The translations under genes and the position numbers were made by a program. Under the pieces are notes generated by a model. It saw nothing but the letters and a program-made list of their open reading frames with translations. It searched no databases and had not been told where the DNA came from. Of a stretch of 64,000 bases of DNA, positions 1-9,124 are shown piece by piece. The DNA comes from a bacterium. GTDB lineage: Bacteria; 4484-113; JAFGCY01. Position 1 is the first letter of the stretch; every line of letters starts with the position of its first letter. The stretch is from NCBI GenBank assembly GCA_020440605.1, contig JAGRNT010000007.1, forward strand, positions 55,083 through 119,082, given 5' to 3'.

Positions 1-53
1 TATATCGGAAAAATTCCGGGAATCCGCTGAAGGTGCTGCACTAGAATGGACAC

Positions 54-752
54 ATGTCAGAGCTGTTCCACAGTCCCGCTGAGCTGAAGCGCATGGCCGC
101 TGCAGCCGCGCTCACGGCCGTACCGAGCAACTGCAGGCTCGGCCTGGGCAGCGGCAGCACCGCTGAGATCTTCGTGGAAGAGCTTGCAGTCCGGGTCCGC
201 CAGGGTCTGCAGGTACGTTGCTGCGCCACCTCTGAGCGCACGGCACGCCTGGCAAGAAGCAAGGGAATCGAGGTTGCGGGCCTTGATGCCTTCGAGGGAC
301 TGGACCTGACCGTGGACGGCGCTGACGAGATCGATCCGCAGCTCAACCTGATCAAGGGGGGCGGAGCCTGCCACCTGCGTGAGAAGGTCGTGGCGGCTTT
401 CAGTGCAAGACTGATCATCATCGCCGATGACAGCAAGTTGGTTGACAGCCTCGGAGCCTTCCGCATCCCGCTCGAGGTGATTCCCTTCGCCCTGCCACTG
501 GTGCTGCGTGAGGTCTCGGGCCTGCCGGGCTGCCGGAGCTGCTTGCAGCGCCGCAGCGAGAGTGCTCCCGTGCTGACTGACGAAGGCAATCTGGTGCTGG
601 ACGCCGACTTCGGCCTGCTAACCGACCCGGGCAGCCTCGCGATCCGGCTCAGTGACGTGCCGGGCATCGTCGAACACGGGCTGTTCGTCGGCATGGCTGA
701 GACAGCATTCATCGGAACGCAGGACGGGGTGCGGATCCTCGAGCGCGCTTAG
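54..752 (+). CDS. rpiA: ribose-5-phosphate isomerase A
   Basis: 232 aa; GLGSGST, DGADE and KGGGA motifs typical of RpiA; stop overlaps stop of convergent gene. Confidence 0.85.
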   Translation: MSELFHSPAELKRMAAAAALTAVPSNCRLGLGSGSTAEIFVEELAVRVRQGLQVRCCATSERTARLARSKGIEVAGLDAFEGLDLTVDGADEIDPQLNLIKGGGACHLREKVVAAFSARLIIIADDSKLVDSLGAFRIPLEVIPFALPLVLREVSGLPGCRSCLQRRSESAPVLTDEGNLVLDADFGLLTDPGSLAIRLSDVPGIVEHGLFVGMAETAFIGTQDGVRILERA

Positions 753-3700
753 AACTGCAGCACGGTCACCTTGCCGCTGTCGTCAAATTCGGTGACCGTG
801 GCTTCCGTGCCATCCGCCCAGCGCACCGTCAGCTTCACGGGACTGCTGCCCTGCGGGATGCCGAAGTGCAGCGGTGCCAGCGAGCTGGAAAGGTATCCGC
901 TGCCGGCCTGCTGCTCGCGCAGCAGCAGCTCGCCACTGTCAAGTTCCAGAGTGGCCCGGCTGCCCACCGCCCAGCGGTTGCCGTCCCTGCCGACCAGATT
1001 CACGGAGAGACCGGTGCCGGACTGTTCCTGTGCATTGCGCCTGAGCATCACCGGGCTGGCGTATGACACGCTGACAAGCACCTCCAGCAGCCCGTCACCA
1101 TCACTGTCGAAGGCCTGCACGCCGCGGCCGTCGGTGAACAGGAAGATCCCGCTGCGGCCCGGCTCCACCGCGCTGAAGCCTCCGGAGCCCTTGCCGTCCA
1201 GCAGCTGGCCGTAACCTGCGTTCCAGCGACCGGTCTCAGGCTGGGTGGCGTAGTAGTTGTCAACCTGCAGCAGATCGATGTCTCCGTCATTGTTAAGGTC
1301 GCCCGCCGCGCAGCCGAAGGCGATGCTGTACTGTGCCGCCAGCGGCAGCTGCTCCGCGCTGAATCCGCCCTTGCCGTCGTTGACCAGCAGCATGCTGGCC
1401 AGCTCAGTGGCATAGTAGTGTTCCTGGATCTCCTGGGGATCGCCGTAGATGTCGCTGAAGCTGGCATTGGCGAAGTCGTGCCATCTGGGGAAGCGTTCCG
1501 CCACGCGTTGCGGCATCGCATAACCGCTGCACGAACGTCCGCGGCCGGGCAGGAATTCCTGCTCACCCTTCTGCTTGGCCTCCACCAGGTGGCGCTTGCC
1601 GTCGCCGTTGAACTCGCCGGCGAACAGGGTCATCGCATGCTCGTTGTCAGCCTTGTACTTCGTATTCAGTCCCTGGTTGCCGGCCACGATGTCGAGGTCG
1701 CCGTCATTGTCGGTGTCCGCCACAGTGAGGCTGGTCCAGATGCCGTGCGGGGCGATGTCGATGCCCTCCTGCAGTTTGCCATCCACGTTGCGGAACAGGC
1801 GCACCGGGCCGTACTCATCGCAGGTCAGCAGGTCCTGCCAGCCGTCGTTGTCAAGGTCGGCGAAGCAGGCATCGCTGATGCAGCCGCTGATCCCGCCCGC
1901 TGGCAAGCTGCCGGCGCCATCCACGAAGTTCAGGTTGCCTTCGTTCAGCAGCAGCTCACTGGGCACCGGGCTCAGGTAGCGGTGCGGCTTCAGCCGGCCT
2001 GCGATGAAGACGTCAAGGTCCCCGTCCCTGTCTATGTCAGCGCTGCAGGCACTGCCTGACGAAACTTCTGAGGTGCTGATCCAGCCGCTCTGCATCCCTT
2101 CCTCTGTGTTGAGCACCAGCCAGTTGCGGTACAGGGTGGTGTCACCGCCGGCCTCGTTGCCACCGCCCGTCACCAGCATGTCCGGCCGGTCATCACCGTT
2201 GGCATCAAAGCAGAGCACGCCCATCTCCTCAACATCCGCGGGAATGCTGCCTTCCATCAGGGAGCTGGCGGCGAATCCGCCATCCGCTCCCATGTAGAGG
2301 CGTCCGGTCTGGCCGGCTGCTCCGGCGAAGTAGACGTCCAGTCTCCCATCGAGATCGAAGTCGGCAATCCCCAGCCCGCCGCCGAGCGTGCTGCGCTGCC
2401 AGGGCAGCAGCGGCTCCTCCTCGAACTCCTGCGCCAGGGTGTCGGCTTCCTTGCGCTGCCAGGCGAAGTCCTCACGGGTGTAGATCCCCTGCTGTGCAGG
2501 CGGGGCCCAGGCCTCCAGATCGTCACGGCGGCTGATCACATAGTGGCTGCCGCAGGGCAGGTCGCGCTCGACCTGCAGCTTGCCGTCGGGCCAGATGATC
2601 TCCAGCCGCGTCAGGCTGGTCTGCTCGCCGGTGCCGATGTGCACCCGTGCGCTCTCCGCGCTGGAGTAGCCGCGGGCCAGCGTCACTTCGCTGGCGATCA
2701 CCTTCGTGCCGGCGTAGGCCTTCAGTCTGGCGCCGACGGCCTGCCAGTTGCTGCCTGGCTGGCGCAGGTCTATCGTCAGGCGGTTGCCGCACTGCTTGTC
2801 ATTGCGCCACACGCCAAGCAAGTCATTCGTACGGTTGGTGATGATGTCCAGGTCGCCGTCGCCGTCGTAGTCCTGGATCGAGGTGCCACAGGAGATGCTC
2901 TCGCCCGTGATCCCCCAGTTGTCAGCCGGCTTCTTGTAATGCAGCGGCGTGTCGGCGGTGAACAGCACGTCCTGGCGGGGCAGGGTGCCGAAACTGAGTG
3001 CATGCTGCTGCAGCTCCTCGTCGCTCGCCCCGGCGGCCGACATTGCAGCAGCTTCGTTCATAGCGTCCACGTCCACGCTGAAGCGCATGGTGTAGCCATT
3101 GGTGGCGAACAGCTCCGGAGTACTGGAGCAGTTCAGGTCGGCGATCCGGCAGCTCCAGGTCCATTCGCTGGCCTTCACTCCGGCCAGCTCGGCAACTTCG
3201 CTCATCCAGCCGAATCCACGGTTGAGGAACAGGCAGTTGCGCATGTTCTGCTGGGGCATGAAGCTGATCAGTTCCTGGCGGTACTGGTACATGTCCCCGC
3301 TCTGGATCTTGCCGTCCTTGTAATCAGCTGCCGCCATGTCGCCGACGAAGATGTCCAGCAGACCGTCGCCATCGAGATCGCCGTGGTCAGCCCCCATCGA
3401 GAAGTAGGGTGTACGCCTGAGCATCGTGCGCGAGTGGTCAGTGAACTTTCCGTGGCCGTTGTTGATGTAGTAGTAGTCCTGGGTCTCCATGTCACCGGAG
3501 AGATAGAGGTCGGTGTAGCCGTCCTCGTTGTAGTCCCCCGCCAGCGCCATCAGCGTCCAGCCGATGTGATCCATGCCGGCGTCGGCGATACCGTTGTCAA
3601 AGTGACCGGTGCCGTCATTGATCAGCAGCTGGTCGTCGTCGGGCCTGACCCGGGCCTTGTTGAGTTCGTCGAAGTAGTAGTATTCGGCGGCCTCACCGGT

Positions 3701-4429
3701 CATGATGTAGCGGCCGGTGTTCTGGTCGATGCGGAAGCTGCCCTGGATGTCCGTATCCATCTGGCTGGCCATGCTCTCCCGGCCCATGCGGTTGTTGGCG
3801 ACATACAGATCGAGATCCCCGTCGCGTTCGATGTCGATTGCGGCCACGGTCACGCAGGTGTTGCCGACGGATGCTCCCCGGGCCTCGCTTTCGTCGGTGA
3901 ATCCGCCGCTGCCGTCGCCCATGAACAGGCGGTTGCCGCTGCCACGCGTGAAGACGTAGAGATCAAGGCTGCCGTCTCCGTCCACATCCACGAACATCGC
4001 GCCTGAGCAGTACTCACCATCGAGGGCCAGGTCAGCGCCGGCTCCGGCAGTTGCATCGCTGAAACGGAAACCGCCCTCGTTGCGGTAGAGCCGGTTGGGC
4101 TGCTCAATCCCCGCCACGTAGATATCCAGGTCTCCGTCGTTGTCAAAGTCACCACTGGCGAGCCCGGCCTGGGCTGCGATCTGGTCCAGCAGGACCTGCG
4201 GGTTGCTGACGTTGTTGTCAAACTCCAGCCCGGTCTCGCTCGAGGCCAGCGCCACGAAGGAGTCAGCCGACACGTCAGCAGTGCTGAATGGAGTGGCCTG
4301 GATGTGACTGTCTCCGCCATGCATGCCCGCCTTGCCGGTGCCGCCTTCAGCAGTCTTCGTGTTGTCGGTGCAGGAGGCAAGGCACAGCAGTGCGAGTGCT
4401 GCGAGGGCCAGGGTGCTCAGTGTGTTCAT
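749..4429 (-). CDS. CRTAC1-family lipoprotein with FG-GAP/VCBS repeats and two ASPIC/UnbV domains
   Basis: 1226 aa; signal peptide with lipobox LCLASC; many DxDGDGxxD FG-GAP-like repeats; two C-terminal-type ASPIC/UnbV beta-sandwich segments (internal tandem duplication of the module). Confidence 0.8.
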   Translation of the reverse strand: MNTLSTLALAALALLCLASCTDNTKTAEGGTGKAGMHGGDSHIQATPFSTADVSADSFVALASSETGLEFDNNVSNPQVLLDQIAAQAGLASGDFDNDGDLDIYVAGIEQPNRLYRNEGGFRFSDATAGAGADLALDGEYCSGAMFVDVDGDGSLDLYVFTRGSGNRLFMGDGSGGFTDESEARGASVGNTCVTVAAIDIERDGDLDLYVANNRMGRESMASQMDTDIQGSFRIDQNTGRYIMTGEAAEYYYFDELNKARVRPDDDQLLINDGTGHFDNGIADAGMDHIGWTLMALAGDYNEDGYTDLYLSGDMETQDYYYINNGHGKFTDHSRTMLRRTPYFSMGADHGDLDGDGLLDIFVGDMAAADYKDGKIQSGDMYQYRQELISFMPQQNMRNCLFLNRGFGWMSEVAELAGVKASEWTWSCRIADLNCSSTPELFATNGYTMRFSVDVDAMNEAAAMSAAGASDEELQQHALSFGTLPRQDVLFTADTPLHYKKPADNWGITGESISCGTSIQDYDGDGDLDIITNRTNDLLGVWRNDKQCGNRLTIDLRQPGSNWQAVGARLKAYAGTKVIASEVTLARGYSSAESARVHIGTGEQTSLTRLEIIWPDGKLQVERDLPCGSHYVISRRDDLEAWAPPAQQGIYTREDFAWQRKEADTLAQEFEEEPLLPWQRSTLGGGLGIADFDLDGRLDVYFAGAAGQTGRLYMGADGGFAASSLMEGSIPADVEEMGVLCFDANGDDRPDMLVTGGGNEAGGDTTLYRNWLVLNTEEGMQSGWISTSEVSSGSACSADIDRDGDLDVFIAGRLKPHRYLSPVPSELLLNEGNLNFVDGAGSLPAGGISGCISDACFADLDNDGWQDLLTCDEYGPVRLFRNVDGKLQEGIDIAPHGIWTSLTVADTDNDGDLDIVAGNQGLNTKYKADNEHAMTLFAGEFNGDGKRHLVEAKQKGEQEFLPGRGRSCSGYAMPQRVAERFPRWHDFANASFSDIYGDPQEIQEHYYATELASMLLVNDGKGGFSAEQLPLAAQYSIAFGCAAGDLNNDGDIDLLQVDNYYATQPETGRWNAGYGQLLDGKGSGGFSAVEPGRSGIFLFTDGRGVQAFDSDGDGLLEVLVSVSYASPVMLRRNAQEQSGTGLSVNLVGRDGNRWAVGSRATLELDSGELLLREQQAGSGYLSSSLAPLHFGIPQGSSPVKLTVRWADGTEATVTEFDDSGKVTVLQF

Positions 4430-4560
4430 CCGCAGTAACCTTCCTCGGACGCATGGCGCGAGCGTGTCCGCGCTGGTCTAGCGTCCACTGCAGATTATAG
4501 GGGAGGCGGGCCGCCCTCCATGGCTGCCGCCCAGTCTCAATTGCCACGGGCGAATCCGCC

Positions 4561-4719
4561 TCAGCAGCAATCGGAACCACTGCAGCAGGACTCTCCGCAG
4601 TTCAGCGTGATGCTGACATTGGCGCAGCCGCAGCTGCTGCCCTCGGCAGGATGGATGTTCAGCGTGCAGCTGCCGTTCCCGTTGTCAATGCACTGAGCGC
4701 TCAGATTCACGTTCTGCAT
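4561..4719 (-). CDS. small Cys-rich peptide (52 aa, 9 Cys), candidate metallothionein-like protein
   Basis: ATG preceded by GAGGTG RBS; sequence MQNVNLSAQCIDNGNGSCTLNIHPAEGSSCGCANVSITLNCGESCCSGSDCC; immediately downstream of ArsR/SmtB gene on same strand; below the 60-aa cutoff of the ORF track. Confidence 0.45.
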   Translation of the reverse strand: MQNVNLSAQCIDNGNGSCTLNIHPAEGSSCGCANVSITLNCGESCCSGSDCC

Positions 4720-4767
4720 GTTCGTCACCTCATGTAATTAGACTATTAGAGAAGAATAGAAATAAAT

Positions 4768-4784
4768 CCGCAAAAAAAATGCGG
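4768..4784 (-). terminator. weak hairpin (CCGCA-T8-TGCGG) plus U-rich tract directly after arsR-family stop
   Basis: inverted repeat seen in sequence followed by AT-rich tract; possible partial terminator/attenuator between regulator and Cys-rich ORF. Confidence 0.3.
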
Positions 4785-5123
4785 CTAGATGCCGCAGACC
4801 TTCGGGTCAAAGAAGTCAGCCAGTTCCTGGATGGTCTGGGGATCAACCCAGCAGACGATCTTCTGCCCCTGACGCTCGGTGCGGATCAGTCCGGCGCGCT
4901 TCAGTTCCCGCAGATGATGCGAGACGGTGGAGGCGGCGACATCCAGCTTCTGGCAGATGTCTCCGACACAGACACAGGCCTCCCGGTCGGTCACGAACAC
5001 CGTGCCGGGGGTACAGCAGTTGGTCAGCATGCGGAAGATCTTCAGGCGGTTGATGTTGGACAGAGCCTGGAACATCTCCACCAGCTCTTCACTTCGATCG
5101 ATTTCTGTTAGAACTTTCGACAT
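4785..5123 (-). CDS. ArsR/SmtB family metalloregulatory transcriptional repressor
   Basis: 112 aa winged HTH (VSHHLRELKRAGLI) with Cys clusters (NCCTPG, CVCVGDIC) at positions typical of metal-sensing sites. Confidence 0.8.
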   Translation of the reverse strand: MSKVLTEIDRSEELVEMFQALSNINRLKIFRMLTNCCTPGTVFVTDREACVCVGDICQKLDVAASTVSHHLRELKRAGLIRTERQGQKIVCWVDPQTIQELADFFDPKVCGI

Positions 5124-5130
5124 CGCTCGA

Positions 5131-5159
5131 ATTATAACGCATTCTCAGAGTAGTTTCAA
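5131..5159 (-). promoter_or_regulatory. sigma70-like promoter TTGAAA-N17-TATAAT ending 7 nt before arsR-family ATG (leaderless or near-leaderless)
   Basis: perfect TATAAT at 5131-5136 (minus), TTGAAA at 5154-5159, 17-bp spacer; TTCGA-N6-TCGAA inverted repeat overlaps start codon. Confidence 0.4.
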
Positions 5160-5329
5160 GTCAGAATTGTGGGAACGGGGAAATGGAGCTGAGCCGTGAA
5201 GCGTGATCAATTCCAGCACGGACTCGCTGCCCCTCTGCGGTTCAAATGGGAAAGGCATTCCGCATGGAGAGCTGTATGTCACACACGATACACACCATGC
5301 TCTCCAGCTGGATGATACCGGAGCATGCA

Positions 5330-7252
5330 TCACCAGCCGCGGCCGCCACCGCCGCCGCCACCTCCACCGCTGAATCCGCCCCCGCCTGAGCTGGAGCCAC
5401 CGCTGAAGCCACTGCCTGAACTGCTACCCCAGGAGCCGCTGGATGTACTGCCTCCGCCCCAGCCTCCACCTGATGATCCGCTGGAGGGAGGTGGAGGTGG
5501 CGGCAGTGAGGCCCTGCGGTAGACCCGGCTCAAGTTGCGGGGCAGATGCCGCGCCAGCCGGCTGTAATCGAGGTCCTGCGGCGAGAGATACTCCCGCGCG
5601 GGATCCGCATACCAGCCCGGAGCGCCGGCTTTGTAATGCTCGGGACGCAGATGCTGCAGCAGGATGCTCCACTGCGTATTCACGCCGAGCGCCACGGCGT
5701 AGGGCAGGTACTGTTCGCTGAGCACTTCGTCAGCGTATTCATACTGCCCGAGGCTGTCCTCGCCGCCGGTCATGGCCAGCCGGAAGCCCTCGATGCGGTC
5801 CAGCACGGCGCGCCCCAGTTCGCTGTAGGCCGGCAGCAGTGCATAGAACAGGAAGTTCAGCACGAACAGGGCCAGCAGCAGCAGGAAGAAATCCGCAGCC
5901 GAGAAGAAGAACAGTCCGAGCGCAAGGCAGACCAGCCAGATCCCGAAGCCGCTGACACTCAATACAATCCCTGTCTGGCGCTGTCGCTCATTCATTTCAT
6001 AGTAGACATGATGCAGTTCATGCACCAGCGAACTCTCAACGGCTCGCGTGGCACTGCGGAAACGGTGGTGGTTCTTGCTGTCGAGGGTGATCTGCTTGTA
6101 CTTTCCGCGGTAGATCGCCTCGATGAAGGCCCGCTCCTCGGGACGCAGGCCGGCGACCCCGTCGCGCAGGCGATGCAGCTTCCAGGCGCCATGGTGATGA
6201 TGCTCGATGCGCAGCACTCCGTTCTGCGCCAGCTCAAGGATCAGCGCGGTCATCAGGGTTTCGTCCACATCCAGCTTCCAGATGTAGCGCAGGCTGGCGG
6301 CACTGAGGCCGATCAGTGGACGTTCCTCACGCAGCACCAGCCCTTCGTGGGGATCGCGCCCGACGCGGATCCAGCTTGCCAGGTAGTAGATCCCGACGAT
6401 TGCCAGAATCAGCAGGCCGAGCGCCCAGCCGCCGTTGCTCTCCAGCCACCAGCGCAGGCGCAGCGTCGCTGGTGGTTCGGCGATGATGCCCTTCGGGAAG
6501 CCGGCCACGACCGTCAGTCCTTCGGAGGGTGCCAGGGGGCGCGTTGTCCGGAACAGCAGACCCTTGTCAAGCTGCTCCACCGCGTAGTCCCGGCCCAGAC
6601 TGCCATAGGGCCCCGTGTAGGCCTCACTGTGCAGCTGCTCAGGCGGGACGCTCTCCGGCAGCAGCACCCGGCAGCTCATTTCGTCGATGCCGAAGGCCCA
6701 GGAATTGCCGTTGACATTCCAGTAGAGTTCGTCGTGTTCGCTGAAGCGTCCGATCTGGCGCTGCATGCGGTAGCTGATCGCGTATACGTGCACACCGTGA
6801 TCGAGGAAACGGGCGGGACTGCCGATGCGCAGGCCCACGCCGTTCTTCAGGGCGTATTCCATGAACTCGGCGGGCTCGCCATCCTGGCTGACCGAGATGC
6901 GGTCCATGGGCACCAGCACCCTGCGCCCGCCGGAGCGGTAGATCGTGGGGATCTCGCGGATGATCCCGCGCTGGATCTCATTGCCGAGCACGAGCACGCT
7001 GATCCGCTCCGTGACCTCGATCGCGCCGTCCGGTTTGATCTGAACGGTGCTGTCAAACGAGAGTACTCGCTCGGGACCCGCAGGGACTGCCGCTTGCCCT
7101 TCCTCCCAGTTCTCCTGGAGCAGGTTGTCAAACAGCGCTCTGACTTCCGGACCTGGGTCGTATGGTGGATCAGGCACACTGCGCGGGGATTCAGCCTGCG
7201 CTGAGCAGGGCAGCAGCAGGGCCAGCAGGAGGCACAGCAGGCAGCGCATCAC
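5330..7252 (-). CDS. DUF2207-family membrane protein with C-terminal poly-Gly/Ser tail
   Basis: 640 aa; signal peptide, extracellular domain, TM segments, C-terminal GGGGFSGGGGGGGGGRGW tail; paralog of adjacent gene. Confidence 0.65.
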   Translation of the reverse strand: MMRCLLCLLLALLLPCSAQAESPRSVPDPPYDPGPEVRALFDNLLQENWEEGQAAVPAGPERVLSFDSTVQIKPDGAIEVTERISVLVLGNEIQRGIIREIPTIYRSGGRRVLVPMDRISVSQDGEPAEFMEYALKNGVGLRIGSPARFLDHGVHVYAISYRMQRQIGRFSEHDELYWNVNGNSWAFGIDEMSCRVLLPESVPPEQLHSEAYTGPYGSLGRDYAVEQLDKGLLFRTTRPLAPSEGLTVVAGFPKGIIAEPPATLRLRWWLESNGGWALGLLILAIVGIYYLASWIRVGRDPHEGLVLREERPLIGLSAASLRYIWKLDVDETLMTALILELAQNGVLRIEHHHHGAWKLHRLRDGVAGLRPEERAFIEAIYRGKYKQITLDSKNHHRFRSATRAVESSLVHELHHVYYEMNERQRQTGIVLSVSGFGIWLVCLALGLFFFSAADFFLLLLALFVLNFLFYALLPAYSELGRAVLDRIEGFRLAMTGGEDSLGQYEYADEVLSEQYLPYAVALGVNTQWSILLQHLRPEHYKAGAPGWYADPAREYLSPQDLDYSRLARHLPRNLSRVYRRASLPPPPPPSSGSSGGGWGGGSTSSGSWGSSSGSGFSGGSSSGGGGFSGGGGGGGGGRGW

Positions 7253-8994
7253 CAGCCGCTGCCTCCACCACCGCCGCCTCCGCCGCCGCTGAAGCCACCA
7301 CCGCCCCCGCCACTGCTGCTGCTCGGCGGTGTGGCGCTGTGGCTCACGGAACTGTTGAAGCTGCGCGGCATGTCGTCACTGAAGCCGCCGAAGTCAAAGG
7401 CATTGCCATGCATGTAGCGGCTGCCGCTGTATCCGCGGTACCAGCCCGGGGCTTCGACGCGCTCGCCACGGGACTGCAGCACGCGTCCGAACTGTTCGCC
7501 CCATTCCTTGTTGACATCCAGGGCCACGGCATGCGCCAGGTAGCGCTCAGAGAGCACGGTGTCGGCGTAGACGTAACCGCCGAGTGAATCCTCACCACCG
7601 AGCATTGCCAGCCTGAAGCCCTCGATGCGGTCCAGCACCGCGCGGCCCAGCTGGGTGTAGCTGGGCAGCAGCGCGCTGAAGATCCCCATCAGGATGATCA
7701 GCAGGATCGCCGTTGTCACGAGTATGACGTAGTTCGGGAGAATGATGTAGGTCGCGCTCAGCAGCCAGTAGATCATGAAGCCGATGATGCAGAACCACAT
7801 CCCGCGCCCCACATAGCTGGAGTTGCGCTCGTAGTAGACGTGGTGGTGCTCACGGTTGAGCTGCTCGCCGATGGCGCTCAGGGCCGCCGAGACCTTGGCA
7901 TAGTTGTCCTTGTCAATCTCGAACTTCTTCGTGCGACCGCTGAAGATCTTGTCCATGAAGATCCGTTCCTCGGGAAGGAGATCTCCATCCGTGACCTGCG
8001 TGCGCTCGATGCGGTACTTGCCCTTGCCGTACTCATGGATGATGATCCAGCCCTTCTGCGCGAGCTGGATCATGACCGCGCTCAGCAGGCCGCTGTCAGC
8101 GCTCATCTGCCAGATGTAGCGCAGGGCCGCAGGCGAGAGCCCGATCAGCGGGGTCTCCTCACGGATCACGAGCCCCTCGAGCGGGTCGCGGCCCACGCGC
8201 CACCAGAGCACCATGTAGTAGATGAAGCAGATGCCCAGCAGCAGCAGCGAGCCCGCCCAGAAGCCGTTGTCGGCAATCCACCAGCGCAGGCGACTCTGCG
8301 GAGTATCGAGCATCACCTGGCCGCGGGGGAAGCCGGCCACGATCGTCATGCCTTCATGGATACTCAGCGGACGTGTGCTTTCGTAGACAACCCGGCCCAG
8401 TTCCTCCACGCGGCTGACATAATCCTGGCCCGTGGCACCATAGACACCGGTGTAGCCATCCATGTCAATGCGGGAAGGCGCGATGTCATCGGGCAGCAGC
8501 ACGGTGGCCTTCACCTTGTCAATGCTGAAGGTCCAGTGGTTGCCGGTCACGTTCCAGTACAGTTCGTCGTGGTCGGCATATCTGCGCACCTGGCGCGGAG
8601 CGCTGTAGCGGATGGTGTAGACATGCTCACCCTGGGAGACTATGCGGTCCGCACTGCCGATGCGGATGCGCGTGGCTCCGCCTTCATGCTCGACCTTGAA
8701 TTCCTCGGGCACTCCGTCAAGGCGGATCTCCTTGACGCGCAGCGGTACGCGCACGGGACGCAGCATCCCGTGACGGATCGGGATGTCACGCAGGATGCCG
8801 TGGCGGATGGACTGGTTGCGCACGTTGAAGCGGATGTTCTCTGTGACGTCCACGCTGCTGTCGGCATTGATGCGGATCTCGGCCTCGTAGAGCAGGATCC
8901 GCTCCCAGAGGTCGGACTGGCTGACCGCCGATCCCGGCAGCAGGCAGACCACGAGGGCACACAACAGGCTCAGCAGGCGCAGGGAGCTTCGCAC
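7249..8994 (-). CDS. DUF2207-family membrane protein, paralog
   Basis: 581 aa; same architecture and C-terminal GGGGGGFSGGGGGGGGGSGW tail; stop overlaps downstream paralog start (4-nt overlap). Confidence 0.65.
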   Translation of the reverse strand: MRSSLRLLSLLCALVVCLLPGSAVSQSDLWERILLYEAEIRINADSSVDVTENIRFNVRNQSIRHGILRDIPIRHGMLRPVRVPLRVKEIRLDGVPEEFKVEHEGGATRIRIGSADRIVSQGEHVYTIRYSAPRQVRRYADHDELYWNVTGNHWTFSIDKVKATVLLPDDIAPSRIDMDGYTGVYGATGQDYVSRVEELGRVVYESTRPLSIHEGMTIVAGFPRGQVMLDTPQSRLRWWIADNGFWAGSLLLLGICFIYYMVLWWRVGRDPLEGLVIREETPLIGLSPAALRYIWQMSADSGLLSAVMIQLAQKGWIIIHEYGKGKYRIERTQVTDGDLLPEERIFMDKIFSGRTKKFEIDKDNYAKVSAALSAIGEQLNREHHHVYYERNSSYVGRGMWFCIIGFMIYWLLSATYIILPNYVILVTTAILLIILMGIFSALLPSYTQLGRAVLDRIEGFRLAMLGGEDSLGGYVYADTVLSERYLAHAVALDVNKEWGEQFGRVLQSRGERVEAPGWYRGYSGSRYMHGNAFDFGGFSDDMPRSFNSSVSHSATPPSSSSGGGGGGFSGGGGGGGGGSGW

Positions 8995-9124
8995 CGCATA
9001 ACCATATTGGCATATCTATGTGCTGTCAATTGTGACCGCCAGCCGATTTCACCATAAGCACACCCCCTGCCCGCAGCGGATGTATAGAATATGGCTGTCC
9101 CGCCCGGGCGGGACGGGAGGACTG

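Noticed and set aside
2543-4006. 487-aa plus-strand ORF
   Set aside because: Antisense to the FG-GAP lipoprotein gene.
5330-5560. Poly-Gly/Ser coding tracts (CCGCCGCCACC repeats) as a DNA-level repeat element
   Set aside because: They are the in-frame C-terminal Gly tails of the DUF2207 proteins.
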